Assembly: GCA_040901985.1 (NCBI GenBank)
Contig: JBBDYC010000002.1
Location: forward strand, 4,349 to 21,862
Direction of reading: 5' to 3'
DNA from: Gemmatimonadaceae bacterium
Lineage (GTDB): Bacteria; Gemmatimonadota; Gemmatimonadetes; Gemmatimonadales; Gemmatimonadaceae
Length of the DNA stretch: 17,514 nucleotides
The notes beneath the pieces are model-generated. The model was not told the origin of the DNA. It saw only the letters and a list, made by a program, of their open reading frames with translations, and searched no databases. Shown here piece after piece: positions 17,500 through 17,514 of the stretch. Within the stretch, counting starts at the first letter, position 1. Every line of letters starts with the position of its first letter. Position numbers and translations under genes: made by a program.

Positions 17500-17514
17500 C
17501 CACACGGCGGCGTC

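Overview
High-GC bacterial contig (gene style suggests Gemmatimonadota; this is inference, not checked). Bases 39-11379 are a minus-strand run of genes. Read from the right: argC-argB-argD, a PafA-type alkaline phosphatase, an aldo/keto reductase homologue, an M28 (GCPII/NAALADase-like) peptidase, MoeB-rhodanese, a carboxylesterase, a YggX-family protein, an NrtR-family regulator and a small hypothetical protein. Divergent on the plus strand are argR-argG-argH, with ARG-box operators before argC and argG, and then a small putative DNA-binding protein. From about 14.7 kb the DNA is lower in GC. It carries a two-gene minus-strand cassette: a secreted 6-bladed beta-propeller-like protein followed by a secreted protein with a six-Cys domain. 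The cassette has its own sigma70-type promoter and is bracketed by a 14-bp direct repeat that forms the arm of a terminator hairpin. Best leads: (1) this propeller / Cys-rich cassette; (2) the NrtR gene with a perfect operator, followed by a small protein ending in a beta-clamp-binding-like motif (QMELPL); (3) an AKR missing most of its catalytic tetrad; (4) a YggX with two CxxC motifs; (5) several apparently leaderless promoters; (6) a codon-usage gradient through argH toward the accessory region.
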